64,000 nucleotides of DNA from Lama glama (Eukaryota), in assembly GCA_028534125.1 (NCBI GenBank), contig CM052816.1, positions 34,908,001-34,972,000 on the forward strand. Reading direction: 5' to 3'. This document shows positions 62,101 to 64,000 of this stretch, in pieces. Both the position numbers and the translations under genes were made by a program. The stretch's first letter is position 1. Every line of letters begins with the position of its first letter. The notes under the pieces were generated by a model. The model had not been told where the DNA came from. It ran no database searches and saw only the letters and a list, made by a program, of their open reading frames with translations.

Positions 62101-64000
62101 CATTTGCTTACAACAGCCTGGCATTTCTTAAGAGCAGGGAGGCAAGTTTATTTCTACCAAATCAAATTGTTTGTAAAAGGAAAATTTCTTTATAAGAGGA
62201 TGTTTTGCACCCCCATCCCCCCTGCCTTCCCTGTTTAAAAATTAACAAAAGCATGGATCAGTGAGCTGGCAAAGACTACCAAGATGGTCCTTTTGCCTGG
62301 AATCTCAGTAATAACATTCCAGATTCCCTCTCAGCCCCTGAGGTTCTGAATCCAGGGCACTTAGAAATTTGAGTTCCCATTGGGGATGAGGGGGTGGTTT
62401 TAGTTTTTTTTGCATCACAAAGATTGCTCGGACACCTCGAAAGACCTCAAGGTTGTACAGTTTGACAAGAGCTATATGAAGAAAATATTAATAATGAGTT
62501 TGGACTCATACACAACTTCTTTTTTCATTCTCAGATTTTTGCTGCTCCAGTGTGGGAACTGGGATTCCTTTTTAACGGCCACCTTCTCCTCATCCTGCGT
62601 TGCCCAAAATGTTGATCTTTCCCAGTGACATCTATTCTTTACTTTCAAAATAAGGTATTAGCTCCTGTGATCAGGTGAATTGCCTAGATGGTTATAGTTT
62701 TTTCATGGGTGCTCTAACAAGTACAAAGGGGTGAAGTAGTGTTTCTGTTGTCTGCTTTAATGGTTGAAATCTGGCTTCTTAGCATGTCATTTTAACTTCT
62801 GTTTTGGATAGCTTCTAGAAGGTACCTGTCCGGATCCTAGAGCTGTTCGTAGCAGATAGGAGAAAGGTGTGATGTCTGGCGTTTTAGGCAGGGCACTGCT
62901 CTGGGGAAGTGTAGGGTAGAGCTTATGTTTTAACACAGTGGCGCTCTGTGGTCTGTGTGTCTGGGTAGATTGGCTTCTTTTGAACTTAAGTCTTCATGTT
63001 TGCTACACTCTTTTCTGAAGCTAGGGAAAACCTCTTTGACATTGCAAACCTGAAATACTTTTAGACATACACTGGCCAGAAAAGTGTGAAAGAAAACAAA
63101 AGGAATTGGCACAGAAGAGTGGAATGGAAAAGCTGAATATGCCCAGGGGTTTAAAATAATCATTATTAGCGTTTTAACATTTCTTTGGAGACGGGTCACC
63201 TAGTGAGCTTATTTGGCTGATCAGCAGGCTGCTTCCCAGGACACATTTGCACACAGGGATCTTTCCAACCCGAAAAGTCTCCCAGGAACCTCTATTGGTA
63301 GCGTCACTCATCAGACACATCTGTGGCCTAACTGTCCTGTCTCCACCACAAAGACTACAGCGAGGCCTTCTTTGTGTTCTAAGCTGCATCTGCCACGGGG
63401 CCTCTCACATACAGGGTGTGCCGCTGGTCTCAGTAAGTGGAGGCCAGGGAGCTCCCCTCCTGAAAGCCTGAGGAGAAACTCTTTGGTCCAGGTCAATTAA
63501 GGTATTATCTGATAAAAGCTGATGACAAAAAGGCTTTTCTGTTTTGGTAAAGTAAGGATTAAGAAACTGAATATGAGAAAAAGAAATACCAACCAGAAAG
63601 GAGAAAATAAAGAAAACACCAAAAAAACTAGCACCCAGCAGGCTTCCCTGAACCTGACATGGTGGTAGTTCAAGAAAAGCTTCTGAATAAATCACACTGA
63701 GGGAAAACATACTGCAAAATTTTGCTCCTGGGGTTATTACCATCACTTACAACATTTTATTACTTTGTAGACCACTCACATCTTCTGGCTTTAATGGGAA
63801 TGTTTGGGAAGATGATTTAGAAATTGAAGATGTGAATCTTAAATATTTTTGGTTTGGGGCTCCTCCAAGTTTGCCAGCAAGGAGGAAAGCTAAATCTGTC
63901 TTTATGTTGCAAATATCTTTTCTTTAATAAAATTAAAGGCAGAAACTTTCACAGCAGTTGCCCCAATGTGGGTGACCCCAGACATACATGCCCCACCGCT

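Overview
This is mammalian genomic DNA with no recognisable protein-coding gene, RNA gene or intact transposon ORF, so it reads as intergenic or deep-intronic sequence. The ORF track looks like noise apart from decayed L1 ORF2 pieces, and one decayed hAT transposase C-terminus can be read manually. The host is probably a camelid: the short L1 3'-end insertions resemble cetartiodactyl/camelid L1 tails, and I saw no Alu, B1, Bov-tA, PRE1, CHR or Can-SINE. A large part of the window is interspersed repeat: MIR, L2, old L1M, MLT1/MLT2, LTR16/33/40-like, an ERV1 solo LTR with a perfect 4-bp TSD, hAT elements (MER5A, MER20, MER94, MER119, Charlie4a) and a Tigger2-like MITE. The most informative structure is a nest of insertions at about 47.7-56.8 kb. 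It holds a CpG-rich solo LTR with three tandem NRF1-like motifs next to an orphan L1 5'UTR on the same strand, which could form a promoter-plus-poly(A) unit. There are also two small apparent L1-mediated retrocopies of non-L1 RNA and several unique, motif-dense enhancer candidates, including a small CpG island at 25.7-26.1 kb. I found no firm evidence of a new biological system. Repeat family names come from recalled consensus sequences and need confirmation with RepeatMasker/Dfam.
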